From Polyangiales bacterium (GTDB lineage: Bacteria > Myxococcota_A > Polyangia > Polyangiales > Polyangiaceae): a stretch of DNA of 64,000 bases. A program made the translations under genes and the position numbers. The notes beneath the pieces are model-generated. The model worked only from the letters and a program-made list of their open reading frames with translations. It was not told where the DNA came from and searched no databases. The DNA is taken from assembly GCA_038231275.1 (NCBI GenBank), contig JBBRLQ010000001.1, forward strand, positions 352,001 to 416,000. The letters are read 5' to 3'. Positions 36,429 through 46,200 of the stretch are shown piece after piece (the first letter of the stretch is position 1; every line of letters begins with the position of its first letter).

Positions 36429-37133
36429 CTACGCCACCGCGGTGTAGAGGGCGTAAATCGCCCCCCAACCCATGGCTAGGAGCGCGAGGAAGACGACGAC
36501 GGTGAGCCCGTCCAGCTTGCGCAGCGCGCGGCGGCTCACGACCAGCCCCCATCCCATCGTGAACGTATGGAGGCCGTTGGCCAGGTGGTACGCGAGGCCC
36601 AACGTGCCGAGGACGTAGACGATCAGCGTTGGCATGTGAAAATGCATCTCGTGCGCGATGTCGGCGAAGGGCTCGGGGCGGCCCGTCGTCAAGCGCGGAT
36701 GCAGCATCGCGAGCCAGAGGTGCGCGCCCAGGAAGAGCGCGAGGCCGACGGCGCTGAGGCGCTGGAGCGTGTATTTCAGGTTCGCGAAGAAGCCGTAGTG
36801 GAGGTTGTTGGGGCGCGACGACGCGAGGCGCTTGATGCCCCACGCGGTGTGAAGCGCCACCGGCACGAGGACGACGACGCCCGTGGCCACCTGCGCCGCC
36901 GGGTGCGGGTACTCGGTCACCGCGGCGCTCCACGCCTCGCCGCCCTGGAACGCGGCGAGGTTGTTCCAGAGGTGGTTCACCGACCAGATGGCCAGCGGGA
37001 AGAACGCGAGGAACGAGCCCAAACGGGCCCGGACGAAGCTCCGGTCGCGCCTCGTGCGCGCGGGGGACTCTCCGGAGTGGGTGGCCGTGCTCATCGGCCG
37101 CAGGTTTATCACGCGCGAGCGCTGGGTGGACAT
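36429..37133 (-). CDS. Second succinate dehydrogenase cytochrome b558-like subunit (orphan SdhC paralogue)
   Basis: 5 TM, VNHLWNN, ALHTAWG, YTLQRLSAVGLALFLGAHLW, AYHLANGLHTFTMGWG (four heme His). Confidence 0.8.
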   Translation of the reverse strand: MSTQRSRVINLRPMSTATHSGESPARTRRDRSFVRARLGSFLAFFPLAIWSVNHLWNNLAAFQGGEAWSAAVTEYPHPAAQVATGVVVLVPVALHTAWGIKRLASSRPNNLHYGFFANLKYTLQRLSAVGLALFLGAHLWLAMLHPRLTTGRPEPFADIAHEMHFHMPTLIVYVLGTLGLAYHLANGLHTFTMGWGLVVSRRALRKLDGLTVVVFLALLAMGWGAIYALYTAVA

Positions 37134-37232
37134 GCTCCAGCAGCCTGTACGGCCGACAGGCGTTGTCGCAAAGGCGACACGATCGGCACGCCCCCCTGGC
37201 GCCAGGATCAGAGCGAGGACAGAAAAGCCCGC

Positions 37233-37388
37233 CTACGCGGTCTCGTTCGGCTTCGCGTCGCTTGCCTCGTCCGCCGTCTCCACGACGTCGTCCGGGGCGC
37301 GTTTTGCGGCCGCCGCGCGCGCGATGAGGCCATTGAGCAGCAGCAGGGTGCCGGTGGCGAGCATCAGGAGGACTTTGGGATCGAGCAC
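37233..37388 (-). CDS. Putative 51-aa single-TM small protein (not in ORF track)
   Basis: MLDPKVLLMLATGTLLLLNGLIARAAAAKRAPDDVVETADEASDAKPNETA, host-like codons, AGGT SD, sigma54-like box upstream. Confidence 0.6.
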   Translation of the reverse strand: MLDPKVLLMLATGTLLLLNGLIARAAAAKRAPDDVVETADEASDAKPNETA

Positions 37389-37424
37389 GAATGCACCTGC
37401 GGCGAAGGGTTCGAGCGAAACGTT

Positions 37425-37440
37425 TGCACGACGCGCGCCA
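37425..37440 (-). promoter_or_regulatory. Putative sigma54 promoter for the 51-aa ORF
   Basis: Minus strand TGGCGCG-CGTC-GTGCA. Confidence 0.45.
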
Positions 37441-37503
37441 ACGCCGACCGCGAACGGATCGTCACGGTTTGCGGTGTCGAAGGCGATGGCGTAAGAGCGA
37501 GGG

Positions 37504-38898
37504 ATGCGCGCATCCGTCGTCTGCGGATTTTTCGCGTGCGGCGGTGCGCCCCTGTTCGCCGTCGGGAGCGCGCGCGCGGACGTCGCGCCGCATGCGGCCG
37601 TGGCCGGCGCGGACGTGACCTCGGTGGAGATCGCCGACGCGAAACGGCACTTCGACGCGATCGGGTGGGACGATCTCTCGAAGACCGCGCGCGCGCCGGG
37701 GACCTACACGCTCCGGATCCGCGTCGCCACTGTGGAAGCGATCGAGCTGCCTGTGTGCGCGGGGCGTCGCCGCATCACCGTCGACGGCGTGGCCGTGCCT
37801 GCCCAAGGTCCGGGGCCGGCGCTCGTTCGAATCCCCGACGCGGGCGCTCACGAGATCCTCGTGGACGTCGCCGTGAGCGGGTACGAGAAGCGCGTCGCGT
37901 GCGGCGCCGCCCCTCGCGTCGGCGTCGTGAAGCCGACGCGAGAAGGCCTCTCGCTCCTCATTTTCCCGAGCCCGACGTCGGCGCTCGGCGGCGGCAAGGC
38001 TGTCGTCTTCGTCCCGCCTGGCCACGACGGCGCGAAGCCCGGCGCGCTGCTCGTCGGTACCCATCCATGGGACGGGAGCGTCTGGACGTACGCGGCCTAC
38101 GCCGAGCTGCTGCGCGAAGCCGCCGCCAAGGACGTCGTGCTCCTCCTCCCGAGCGGCCTCGGCAACTCGCTCTACACCGCGGCCGCAGAAGAAGAGGTGA
38201 TGCGCGCGATCGAGCAGCTCGGCGCGCAGATCGCGGTCGATCCGCGGCGCGTCTCGATCTGGGGCGCGTCGATGGGCGGCGCCGGCGCGACGACGATCGG
38301 CCTTCACCGGCCCGATCGCTTCGCGTCCATCACGAGCCTGTTCGGCGACTCGCGGTACGATCTCGCGACGTACGTGAAGAGCATCCTCCGCGACGAGGCC
38401 GGCGCGCACGCGGTCAACGCGCTCGACGTCGTCGACAACGCGCGCCACGTGCCGGTGTGGCTCGTTCACGGCGAGGACGATCGCATCTCGCCGATCACGC
38501 AGAGCAGCATGCTCGCGCGCGCCCTGACCGAGCGGCGCTACGCCGTGCGCTTCGATCGCGTGCCGAACGCGGGGCACGAGGGGGGGCTCGTCGCGCGCTT
38601 CGCCGCCGAGATCGTGGACCGCGCGGCCGACGCGCGCATGCCCGAGCATCCTTCCCGCGTCACGTTCAAGAGCGTGCGCGCGGAGGACACCGACGCGTAC
38701 GGAGTGCACGTCACGCGGATGGGAGGCGACGCGCTCGTCGATCTCGAGCGACGCGCCGACGGCGTGCACGTCCTCCGCGCCAACGGGGTCCGCACCATTG
38801 CGCTCGCAAAGGGCGCGCTCGGAGCGCCCGCGGATGCGCCCATCCTCCTCGAGCCGGGCGTCCCGGCGGTCGTCGCGCGTTGGGAGACCGTGCGCTGA
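37504..38898 (+). CDS. Secreted alpha/beta hydrolase (esterase/peptidase)
   Basis: Signal peptide, VDPRRVSIWGASMGG nucleophile elbow, VHGEDD, AGHE. Confidence 0.88.
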   Translation: MRASVVCGFFACGGAPLFAVGSARADVAPHAAVAGADVTSVEIADAKRHFDAIGWDDLSKTARAPGTYTLRIRVATVEAIELPVCAGRRRITVDGVAVPAQGPGPALVRIPDAGAHEILVDVAVSGYEKRVACGAAPRVGVVKPTREGLSLLIFPSPTSALGGGKAVVFVPPGHDGAKPGALLVGTHPWDGSVWTYAAYAELLREAAAKDVVLLLPSGLGNSLYTAAAEEEVMRAIEQLGAQIAVDPRRVSIWGASMGGAGATTIGLHRPDRFASITSLFGDSRYDLATYVKSILRDEAGAHAVNALDVVDNARHVPVWLVHGEDDRISPITQSSMLARALTERRYAVRFDRVPNAGHEGGLVARFAAEIVDRAADARMPEHPSRVTFKSVRAEDTDAYGVHVTRMGGDALVDLERRADGVHVLRANGVRTIALAKGALGAPADAPILLEPGVPAVVARWETVR

Positions 38899-38899
38899 G

Positions 38900-40219
38900 A
38901 TGGACCGCGCGAGGGCCGCGATCGTCCTCGTGCCCCTCGCGGCGTTCGCGACGCTGGCGGTCGGCCTGCGCATCGGCGCGTCGGACGCGCTGCTTGGCGC
39001 GGTGGTGTACGCGGCACCTCTCGCGAAGGACGCGCGCGCGCTGGCGTTGCAAGTGGCGACGGTGGCGGACGATCGCGGCGTGCGCGAGGCCCGTGCGATC
39101 TCCGATCTCACGGTGGTGGCGATGCGCGGCGGCGATCGCGCCCTGTGGCGCGGCGCGAGCAACGCCGACGGCATCGCAGAGGCGCGCGTCGAGCTGCCGG
39201 GCCTGCGCGAGGGCGACGTGATCCGGCTGGAAATTCGGGGCGCCGGCGTTCTGCTCGCGGAGGGGCGCGTCGCAGAGCCGCGCGCGTGGCGCGACGTCGT
39301 CCGTCCCACGTTCGCGCGCGCGACGCGGCGCGAGGGCCCGATCGTCCTCGACGTCGCGCCGATTGGCGGTCGGCTCGCCGTCGGATTTCCTGGCTCGCTC
39401 ATGGTCCGCGCGACCGATCGCGCGGGCCGCGCGCTCGCGGACGTCCCCATCGACGTGGAGCCGGAGCCGGGGCTCGACGTGACGGCGCCGCGCGTCCAGA
39501 CCTGCGCGTCGGGGTGGGCCGAGATCGTCGCGACGCCGACCTTCCACATCGTAGGCCTCTCGCTGCACGCGCGCTTCGGCGACACCGACGGCCTCTGGTA
39601 CGGCGGCGTCCCCGTGGCCGGCGCCGCGAGCCACATCGACGCTCCCTCACGCATCGCGCCGAACAAGGCGCGCACGGTCGACGTGCACGCCGCGGGGAGT
39701 CACGGCGCGATTTACGCGGAGGTCGACGACGTGCACGGTCGGATCGCCGCGCAGGTCCTCGAAGCCCCCCGCGGCGCGCTCGAACTCCCGGCCCTCGCGC
39801 CCGGCCTCTACTGGCTCGTGACGTCCTCCGAAGCGCGCGGCGCCGAGTCGCTCACCGGCGGCTCGCTCGCGCGCCCCGTTCTCGTCGAGGCCGAGACCCG
39901 CGCGAATTGCGACGTCGGCGCGGAGCTCGCCGCGAGCACCGCCGCGGGATTTCCGCGCGAGGTGATCCTCGACGGGTTCGCCGGAAAGCGCGAGCACGCA
40001 CGCTCTCGACACCGCCTCGGCGCCACGATCGGCCTGTCCGCCCTCGCCCTCGCCGCGGCCCTTGAGGCGCTTCTCCTCGTCCGCGCCGCCCGCAAGGGCG
40101 CGGAGCTCTCTCCTTCGCTCACGCGCCGCGCGCCGGCGGGGAGCGTCGCCATCGCGCTCCTCGCCGGAATGCTCGGCTTCGCGCTCCTCGCGGCGCTCGT
40201 CTTGTACGGCGCTACTTGA
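38900..40219 (+). CDS. Hypothetical membrane-anchored protein with Ig/MG2-like beta domains
   Basis: N-terminal hydrophobic segment, beta-rich middle, two C-terminal TM. ATG 1 nt after the upstream stop. Confidence 0.6.
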   Translation: MDRARAAIVLVPLAAFATLAVGLRIGASDALLGAVVYAAPLAKDARALALQVATVADDRGVREARAISDLTVVAMRGGDRALWRGASNADGIAEARVELPGLREGDVIRLEIRGAGVLLAEGRVAEPRAWRDVVRPTFARATRREGPIVLDVAPIGGRLAVGFPGSLMVRATDRAGRALADVPIDVEPEPGLDVTAPRVQTCASGWAEIVATPTFHIVGLSLHARFGDTDGLWYGGVPVAGAASHIDAPSRIAPNKARTVDVHAAGSHGAIYAEVDDVHGRIAAQVLEAPRGALELPALAPGLYWLVTSSEARGAESLTGGSLARPVLVEAETRANCDVGAELAASTAAGFPREVILDGFAGKREHARSRHRLGATIGLSALALAAALEALLLVRAARKGAELSPSLTRRAPAGSVAIALLAGMLGFALLAALVLYGAT

Positions 40220-41375
40220 GGAACTCGAGCATGTTCGGCTCGGCCGTCACCGTCGCGAGGCGCGGCAGGCCGAGGAGGTCCTCCATCGTCGCGAGGTAGC
40301 TCTTGTGCGAGTACTTCGTCGCCGACTTCATGCCCGCCGTCTTGATGTTCTCGCTGACGACGATCATGGGAACCTGATCGGCCGAGCCGGCGCCGCTGCG
40401 GTTCTCCGCCTCGTCCCACGTGATGAAGATCACGCCGCCGTTCGTGTACGCCGGCGACGCCATGATCTTGCCGATCTCGGCCTTCGCCCAATCGTCCGAC
40501 GCCTTGAGCGCCGCGACCGGATCGTTGCTCGGGTCGTGGCCGTCGCTGGTCAGGTTCGGCGTGATGAACATGTACTTGTACGTGCCGCCCGCCAGATCCG
40601 CGGCGAACTGCGTGTAGTCGACGTTCGTGTTCGCGCAGAGGTTGCCGGCGCCGGTCTGCATGTCCTGGAAGTAGAGGAAGGGATCGTGCTTCGGCGCGTA
40701 GGGTGAGTTGTCGGTCAGCGTGCAGGCCGCGCCCATGCTCTCCTGGTACGAGCGCCACTTGACGCCCGCCGTCTGGAGCTGCGTGCCGAGGTTCGGCTTG
40801 TCGACCGGAAACTTGGGGCCGAGGAAGACCTGATCGGTGGGGAGGTAGTCGAGCACCCCGCCGTACTGCACCTCGCCGCTGATCATCATGAGGTAGTTGG
40901 GGAGCGACGGGTGCGTGCCGCTGTCGGCGTAGTTCGTCGCGAGGCCGTACTTCGCGATGAGCGAGTTGAAGTAGGGCGCGTTCGCGGTGCCGACGATCTC
41001 TTTGTAGTCGTGGTTCTCGAAGACGAGCGTGAAGACGGTGCCGACCGGCTTCTTGCCGCCATCGCCCGAGGAGCCGCTGCTGCCCGACGACCCGCTCGTG
41101 CCGCTCGCGCCGCTCGTGCCGCTGGTGCCGCTCGCGCCGCTCGTCCCCGAGGCGCCGCTCGTGCCGGAGGTGCCGCTCGCACCGCTCGTGCCGGAGGTGC
41201 CGCTCGTGCCGCTCGTCCCCGAGGTGCCGCTCGCGCCGCTCGTGCCGCTGCTCCCCGAAGAGCCGCCGTCGTCGCCGCCGCCGCCTGTGTCCGAGCCGCC
41301 GCACGCGAACGCCACTGCGCCGATGCCGAGAACCGAGAGGAGTCCGAGACGCGTGCGAAAAAGGTCGAGCTTCAT
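40212..41375 (-). CDS. Phosphoesterase/acid phosphatase family lipoprotein
   Basis: AFAC lipobox, VFENHDY, THPSLPNYL, YAPKHDPF, PNLTSDGHD, ITWDE, YSHKSYLATMED. Confidence 0.9.
   Translation of the reverse strand: MKLDLFRTRLGLLSVLGIGAVAFACGGSDTGGGGDDGGSSGSSGTSGASGTSGTSGTSGTSGTSGASGTSGTSGASGTSGASGTSGTSGASGTSGSSGSSGSSGDGGKKPVGTVFTLVFENHDYKEIVGTANAPYFNSLIAKYGLATNYADSGTHPSLPNYLMMISGEVQYGGVLDYLPTDQVFLGPKFPVDKPNLGTQLQTAGVKWRSYQESMGAACTLTDNSPYAPKHDPFLYFQDMQTGAGNLCANTNVDYTQFAADLAGGTYKYMFITPNLTSDGHDPSNDPVAALKASDDWAKAEIGKIMASPAYTNGGVIFITWDEAENRSGAGSADQVPMIVVSENIKTAGMKSATKYSHKSYLATMEDLLGLPRLATVTAEPNMLEFLK
41070..41262 (-). repeat. Coding 9-bp-period tandem repeat (SGT/SGA/SGS linker)
   Basis: Repeated GTGCCGCTC/GCGCCGCTC units encoding (SG[TAS])n. 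Confidence 0.85.
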
Positions 41376-41489
41376 TGCGGTGGGGCGTACCGCCAGAGCG
41401 GAAGACACGCAACCTCCCGACGATTCGCGCAGCAACAATCGTCGCACTTTTACCTACAAGAGGCAGGGTGCGCGGTCGGTCTGCCGCCG

Positions 41490-43157
41490 TCAGCCGCGTG
41501 CGAGGATCTTCGCGTCGTCGAGATCGCTGTCTTCGTCGATGCGATCGACGCCGTGGCGCGCGAGCTGACGCGCTGCGGCGGCGGAGCGGCCGTCACCTCG
41601 AGCGAGGCAGAATGCGGCGTGCTCGACGACGAGGGCGAGCTCGGTGGCGCGGCCAAGCGTGAGGGCGAAGCGACGCGCGCCTGCCTCGACGGCGTCGAGC
41701 CCGGTCTCTCGAACGCGCGCGATCCAGGCCTTGGCGTGCGCGATGGCGTCGCGTGCGGCGGCGGCCGGGCGCGCGAGGGCGGCGGGCGCGGCCGCAGTGG
41801 CGCGCGCGATCTCTCGCTCGAGCACGTCGAGCGATCCGCCTCGCGCGAGCGCGCGCAAGACGTCGAGCGAGAGCACGTTGGTGGTGCCCTCCCAGATCGG
41901 CAACACCTGCGCGTCGCGGAGGAGACGCGGGAGGCCGGTGTCCTCGACGTACCCGGCGCCGCCGAACGCCTCGAGCGCCTCGCTCGTGACGGCGACCGCT
42001 TGCTTGCCGGTCGTCAGCTTCGCGAGCGGCGTGAGGAGGCGAAGCAGCTGGAGCTCGTCTTCGCTGGCGCTCTTGTCCTCTTCGCGGCCGAGCAGCTCGA
42101 CGACGCGGAACGAGAGCAGGAACGCGCCTTGGTACTCCGCTTCCATTCCGGCGAGCGTATCGGCGTGCAGCGGCTTGTCGGCGAGCTTCGAGCCGAAGGC
42201 GACACGGCGACCGGCGTAGTCGCGCGCGAGGGCGATCGCGCGGCGCATCCCGGCGACGGCGCACACGGCGTTCCACGTGCGCGTGACGGCGAGCATCGGC
42301 GTGATGTTCTTGATGCCGTCCTTCGTGCCGGTGACCGCGGTGGCGCGCGCACCGTCGAGGGTGAGCTCGGCGGTCGGGACCATCCGCGTGCCGAGCTTGT
42401 CCTTCAGGCGATTGACGAGGATCCCGTCGCGGAGCCGCCCATTGTCGTGGCGCGTCTCGACGTAGAAGAGCGCGAGACCGCCGCCGCCCGGCGGGTTGCC
42501 CTCCGGCCGCGCGAGCGTCAGCGCCATCTGCGACGTCGTCGCGCTCGTGAACCATTTGGTGCCGTAGAGGAGGTGCGAGTCGCCGTCGAAGCGGGCGACC
42601 GTCTCGCTGATGGCAACGTCGCTCCCGCCGGTGCGCTCGGTCATCCACTGCCCGCTCGTCCACATCCGATCCGGATCGCGACTCGTCAGGCGCGGCAGCG
42701 CGCGCTCGATCAGCGCCGTGTTCGCGGTCTGCGACAGCGTCTTCGCCGCGCCGTCGGTCATCGCGAGCGGGCACGAGTAGACCGCCGTAGATTCGGTGAA
42801 GAGGTACACCTTCGCCATCTGGTGGATGCGCGAGAGCGGGCCGTGGGCGCGCTCGTACGCGATGCCGACCAGGCCTTCTTCGGCCGCGATGCGGGCGGCG
42901 CGTTTCCACAGCGGCGTCAGCTCGATGTGGTCGATGCGCGTGCCCCACGCGTCCCACGTGACGAGCTTCGGCTCGTCGGCGCGCTCGGCGAGGCTCTGCC
43001 GGTACATGTCGCCCCCCATGAGCTCCCCCAAGGCGCTCATCTGCGGCGCGATCTCGGCGCGCATCCCCTCCGGCAACACACGGTCGAGGTAGCTGAGGAG
43101 GAGCGGATCCTCGGTGAACTGGTTGCCGAGCTCCGGCGGGGTCTGGAAAAACGCCAT
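41490..43157 (-). CDS. Acyl-CoA dehydrogenase family (AidB/ACAD11-like)
   Basis: CPLAMTDGA, SGQWMTERTGGSDV, GTKWFTS, LKDKLGT, FGGAGYVE, IWEGTTNV. Confidence 0.93.
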   Translation of the reverse strand: MAFFQTPPELGNQFTEDPLLLSYLDRVLPEGMRAEIAPQMSALGELMGGDMYRQSLAERADEPKLVTWDAWGTRIDHIELTPLWKRAARIAAEEGLVGIAYERAHGPLSRIHQMAKVYLFTESTAVYSCPLAMTDGAAKTLSQTANTALIERALPRLTSRDPDRMWTSGQWMTERTGGSDVAISETVARFDGDSHLLYGTKWFTSATTSQMALTLARPEGNPPGGGGLALFYVETRHDNGRLRDGILVNRLKDKLGTRMVPTAELTLDGARATAVTGTKDGIKNITPMLAVTRTWNAVCAVAGMRRAIALARDYAGRRVAFGSKLADKPLHADTLAGMEAEYQGAFLLSFRVVELLGREEDKSASEDELQLLRLLTPLAKLTTGKQAVAVTSEALEAFGGAGYVEDTGLPRLLRDAQVLPIWEGTTNVLSLDVLRALARGGSLDVLEREIARATAAAPAALARPAAAARDAIAHAKAWIARVRETGLDAVEAGARRFALTLGRATELALVVEHAAFCLARGDGRSAAAARQLARHGVDRIDEDSDLDDAKILARG

Positions 43158-43235
43158 GACGGGGGCAGGCTACTCCACGGTTCACGGAGGATCTAATGCC
43201 GACAGGGCGTTCTGCGTCTAAGCTCTAGGACGGAC

Positions 43236-46200
43236 GTGCGACGCCATCGAAACCGTGTGCTTTGGTGCTGGCTCCTCGCCGGCGGACTGCTGCTTTCGGC
43301 GGCGCCGGGCGTGCACGCGCAGGATTTCGACCCGCGAGGCCGACACAAGCCCACACCGAAGCCCGGGCCGGCGCCGAAACCCGGTCCGCCGAAGCCGCCG
43401 GGGCCGGGACCAGGACCCGCGCCAGGACCGGGGCCGACGACGACCACCAAGCCGGCGCCCGATCAGGGCGCGTCGCAGGGAATGCTCATCGAGCGCTACA
43501 CGCGCATCGTGCTGACCCAGCCAGGCTCGCCGTTTCCGCTCCAGCGCCTCGCGCAGCTCTATCGCGACAAGGACGGGAACCTCACGAGCCTCGTGAAGGA
43601 CTTCGAGGCGCGCGCCGCGCGGAGCGACGCCGATCAGTACGCGGCGACCGTCACGCTCGCCGGCGTGCAAAAGCTGGACGGACGCGCCGACGACGCGATC
43701 AAGACCTACGAGCGGGCGATCGCGCTCAAATCGAACGACGCCACCGGCTTGCTCGCGCTCGCGCGGCTCCTTCAGGATCGCGGCGACGTCGCGGGCGCAC
43801 GCACACGCTATGAGCAGGGCCTGGCGATCCAGACCGTCGCAGTCGACAAGGAGCAGACGCTCCGCACGCTCATGGGCCTCGCGCTCGACGGGAAGGACTG
43901 GCCCGGCGCGAAGGGCTTCCATGCGCAGCTCGTCAAGCTCCAGCCGACCAGCCTGTTCGTGAAGGGCGAGCTCGGACGCGAGCTCTTCGGGCGCGGCGAG
44001 TTCGAGCGCGCCGAGGGCGAGTTCAAGGATCTCGTGAACGCGGCGCGCGGCGACAATCGCGCGCTGGCACCTGCCCTCAAGGACCTCGGGCGCGCGCAGG
44101 CGAAGGCGCACAAGAACGCCGAGGCGATCGCGACGCTCAAGCAAGCGCTCTCGGTGGCCGGCCAAGAGGCGGCGGTGCGCGCCGAGATCTACGAGACGAT
44201 CACCGAGATTTACCGCGCCGATCAACAGCTCGGCGTCCTCATCCAAATGATCGAGGCCGAGCACGCGTCCGACTTCGCGCGCCTCGCGCTCCTGGGCGCG
44301 CTCTACGAGGAGACGGGCGACGCCGCGAAGGCGCTGTCGACGTACCAGCGGGCGCTCGCGCAGAACCCGCGCCACATCGATCTCCGCCTCAAGATGATCC
44401 GCCTCCTGCAGTCGCAAGGCGAGCTCGACAAGGCAATCGCCGAGTACGAGGGCCTCATTCGCGCGGCGCCGAACAACCCGACGTTCGTGTTCGAGCAGTG
44501 CGACGCGCTCATGCAGCGCGGCGATCGCGTGCGGGCGCTGAAGCTCCTTGGAGAGCTGGAGGCGCGCGCCTCGGGCGACGAGGAGGTCCTCTCACGATTG
44601 GCCGATTTTTACGGAAGAATCGGCGAAGGCGAAAAGTCGCTCCGCGTGCTCACGCGCCTCACGCAGACCGCGAGCAACGATCCGTCGCACCTCGTCGATC
44701 TCGGCGATCGGTACTTCCAGGACGGCAATCATCCGCTCGCCGTGCAGACGTGGAAGCGCATCCTCACGTCGATCAACCCGCGGGCGCGCGCGCTGGCGGC
44801 GCTCGGCGACGTGTACCTCGAGCACGACATGACGCAGGACGCGCTCCAGTCGTTCCGCGAGGCGGTGAGCCTCGAGCCGCAGAGCCTCGTCTACAAGAAG
44901 CAGCTCGCGTCGGCGCTGGAGCGCTCGCGCTCGTACCGCGAGGCGCGCGGAATGTGGGAGGACCTGGCCGAGAAGGCGAGGGTCGCAAACGACAAGCTCC
45001 TCGCGCGCGAGGCGCGGACACGCATCGTGGCCTTGTGGGGCATGGAGCGGATGCTCGACCAGCAAGTCGCGCCGCTCGCCGCGCGCTTCGCGAAGGGAGA
45101 CATCGAGGCCGGGCGCACGCTCGCCGAAGTGCAGCTCCACCTCCGCAAGCTGCCCGAGGCCGAGGCGACGCTGCGCAAGGTCGTCGAGATGGCGCCCGGC
45201 GACGAGGGAAGCTACCTCGCCCTCGAGCGCGTGCTCGTGCAGGAAAACAAGCTCGATCAGGCGATCCTGGTCCTCGAGAAGCTCGTCGTCGTCGAGCCGA
45301 AGCGCGCGCGCGAGCTGTACCAGCGCATGGCCGAGTACGCGACGCAGCTCTACAAAGACGACGACGCGATCAAGTTCGCGGCGCGCGCCGTGGAGCTGAA
45401 TCCCGACGACGCCGAAGGGCACCGTCGCCTCGGCGAGCGGTACCGCGCGCGGCAAGACGTCGAGCACGCGATCGCCGAGTTCCGCGCGGCCATCGCCAAG
45501 AACGATCGCCTCTACGTCGTGTACTTCGAGCTCGCCGACATGCTCCTCGCGCGCGGCGACGCGGACGATGCCGATCGCCTGTTCCGTCGCGTCATCCGCG
45601 GCGCGCCGGACGAGGAGCTCGTCGCGCGGGCGGCGCGCTTGTCGATGCAGATCAACCTCGGAAAGGGCACCCTCGAATCGCTCGAGCAAGATCTCCTGCC
45701 GCTCTCGATCGGCAACCCGCAGAAGACGATCTACCGGCGGCTCCTCGTCGAGATTTACGGAAACCTGTCGTTCGGGCTAGTGCAGCGCGTGCGGCATGGG
45801 ACCGGCAAGGACGTCGAAGAAGCGCGCGCGGCGCTCGCACGAGTAGGCGCGCGCGCGGTGAAGCCGCTCCTCGACGCGCTCGCCGACGCCGACGCCGGGC
45901 AGCAGCGCGTGGCGATCGACGTGCTCGGGTACGTGCAAAACAAGAACGCGGGGCCGTCGCTTTTCGTGTTCGCGACCGGCCCGGCCGATACGGCGCTCCG
46001 CACGCGCGCGATGATCGCGTGCGGGGCGCTGCGCGATCCGGGGCTCTTGCCGAAGTACGAGGCGCTGCTCTTCCCGCGCGCCGACAAGGACGCGGCGAAC
46101 GACGCGACGCCGAGCGACGCAGTGGCGGTGGCGGCGACGTGGGGCCTCGCGCGGATGGGCGACAAGCGTGCTCTGCCGCTCCTCCGCAAGCTCGCGCAGC

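Noticed and set aside
41070-41262. Repeat array as CRISPR
   Set aside because: 9-bp-period coding repeats inside a lipoprotein linker, with no unique spacers and no cas genes.
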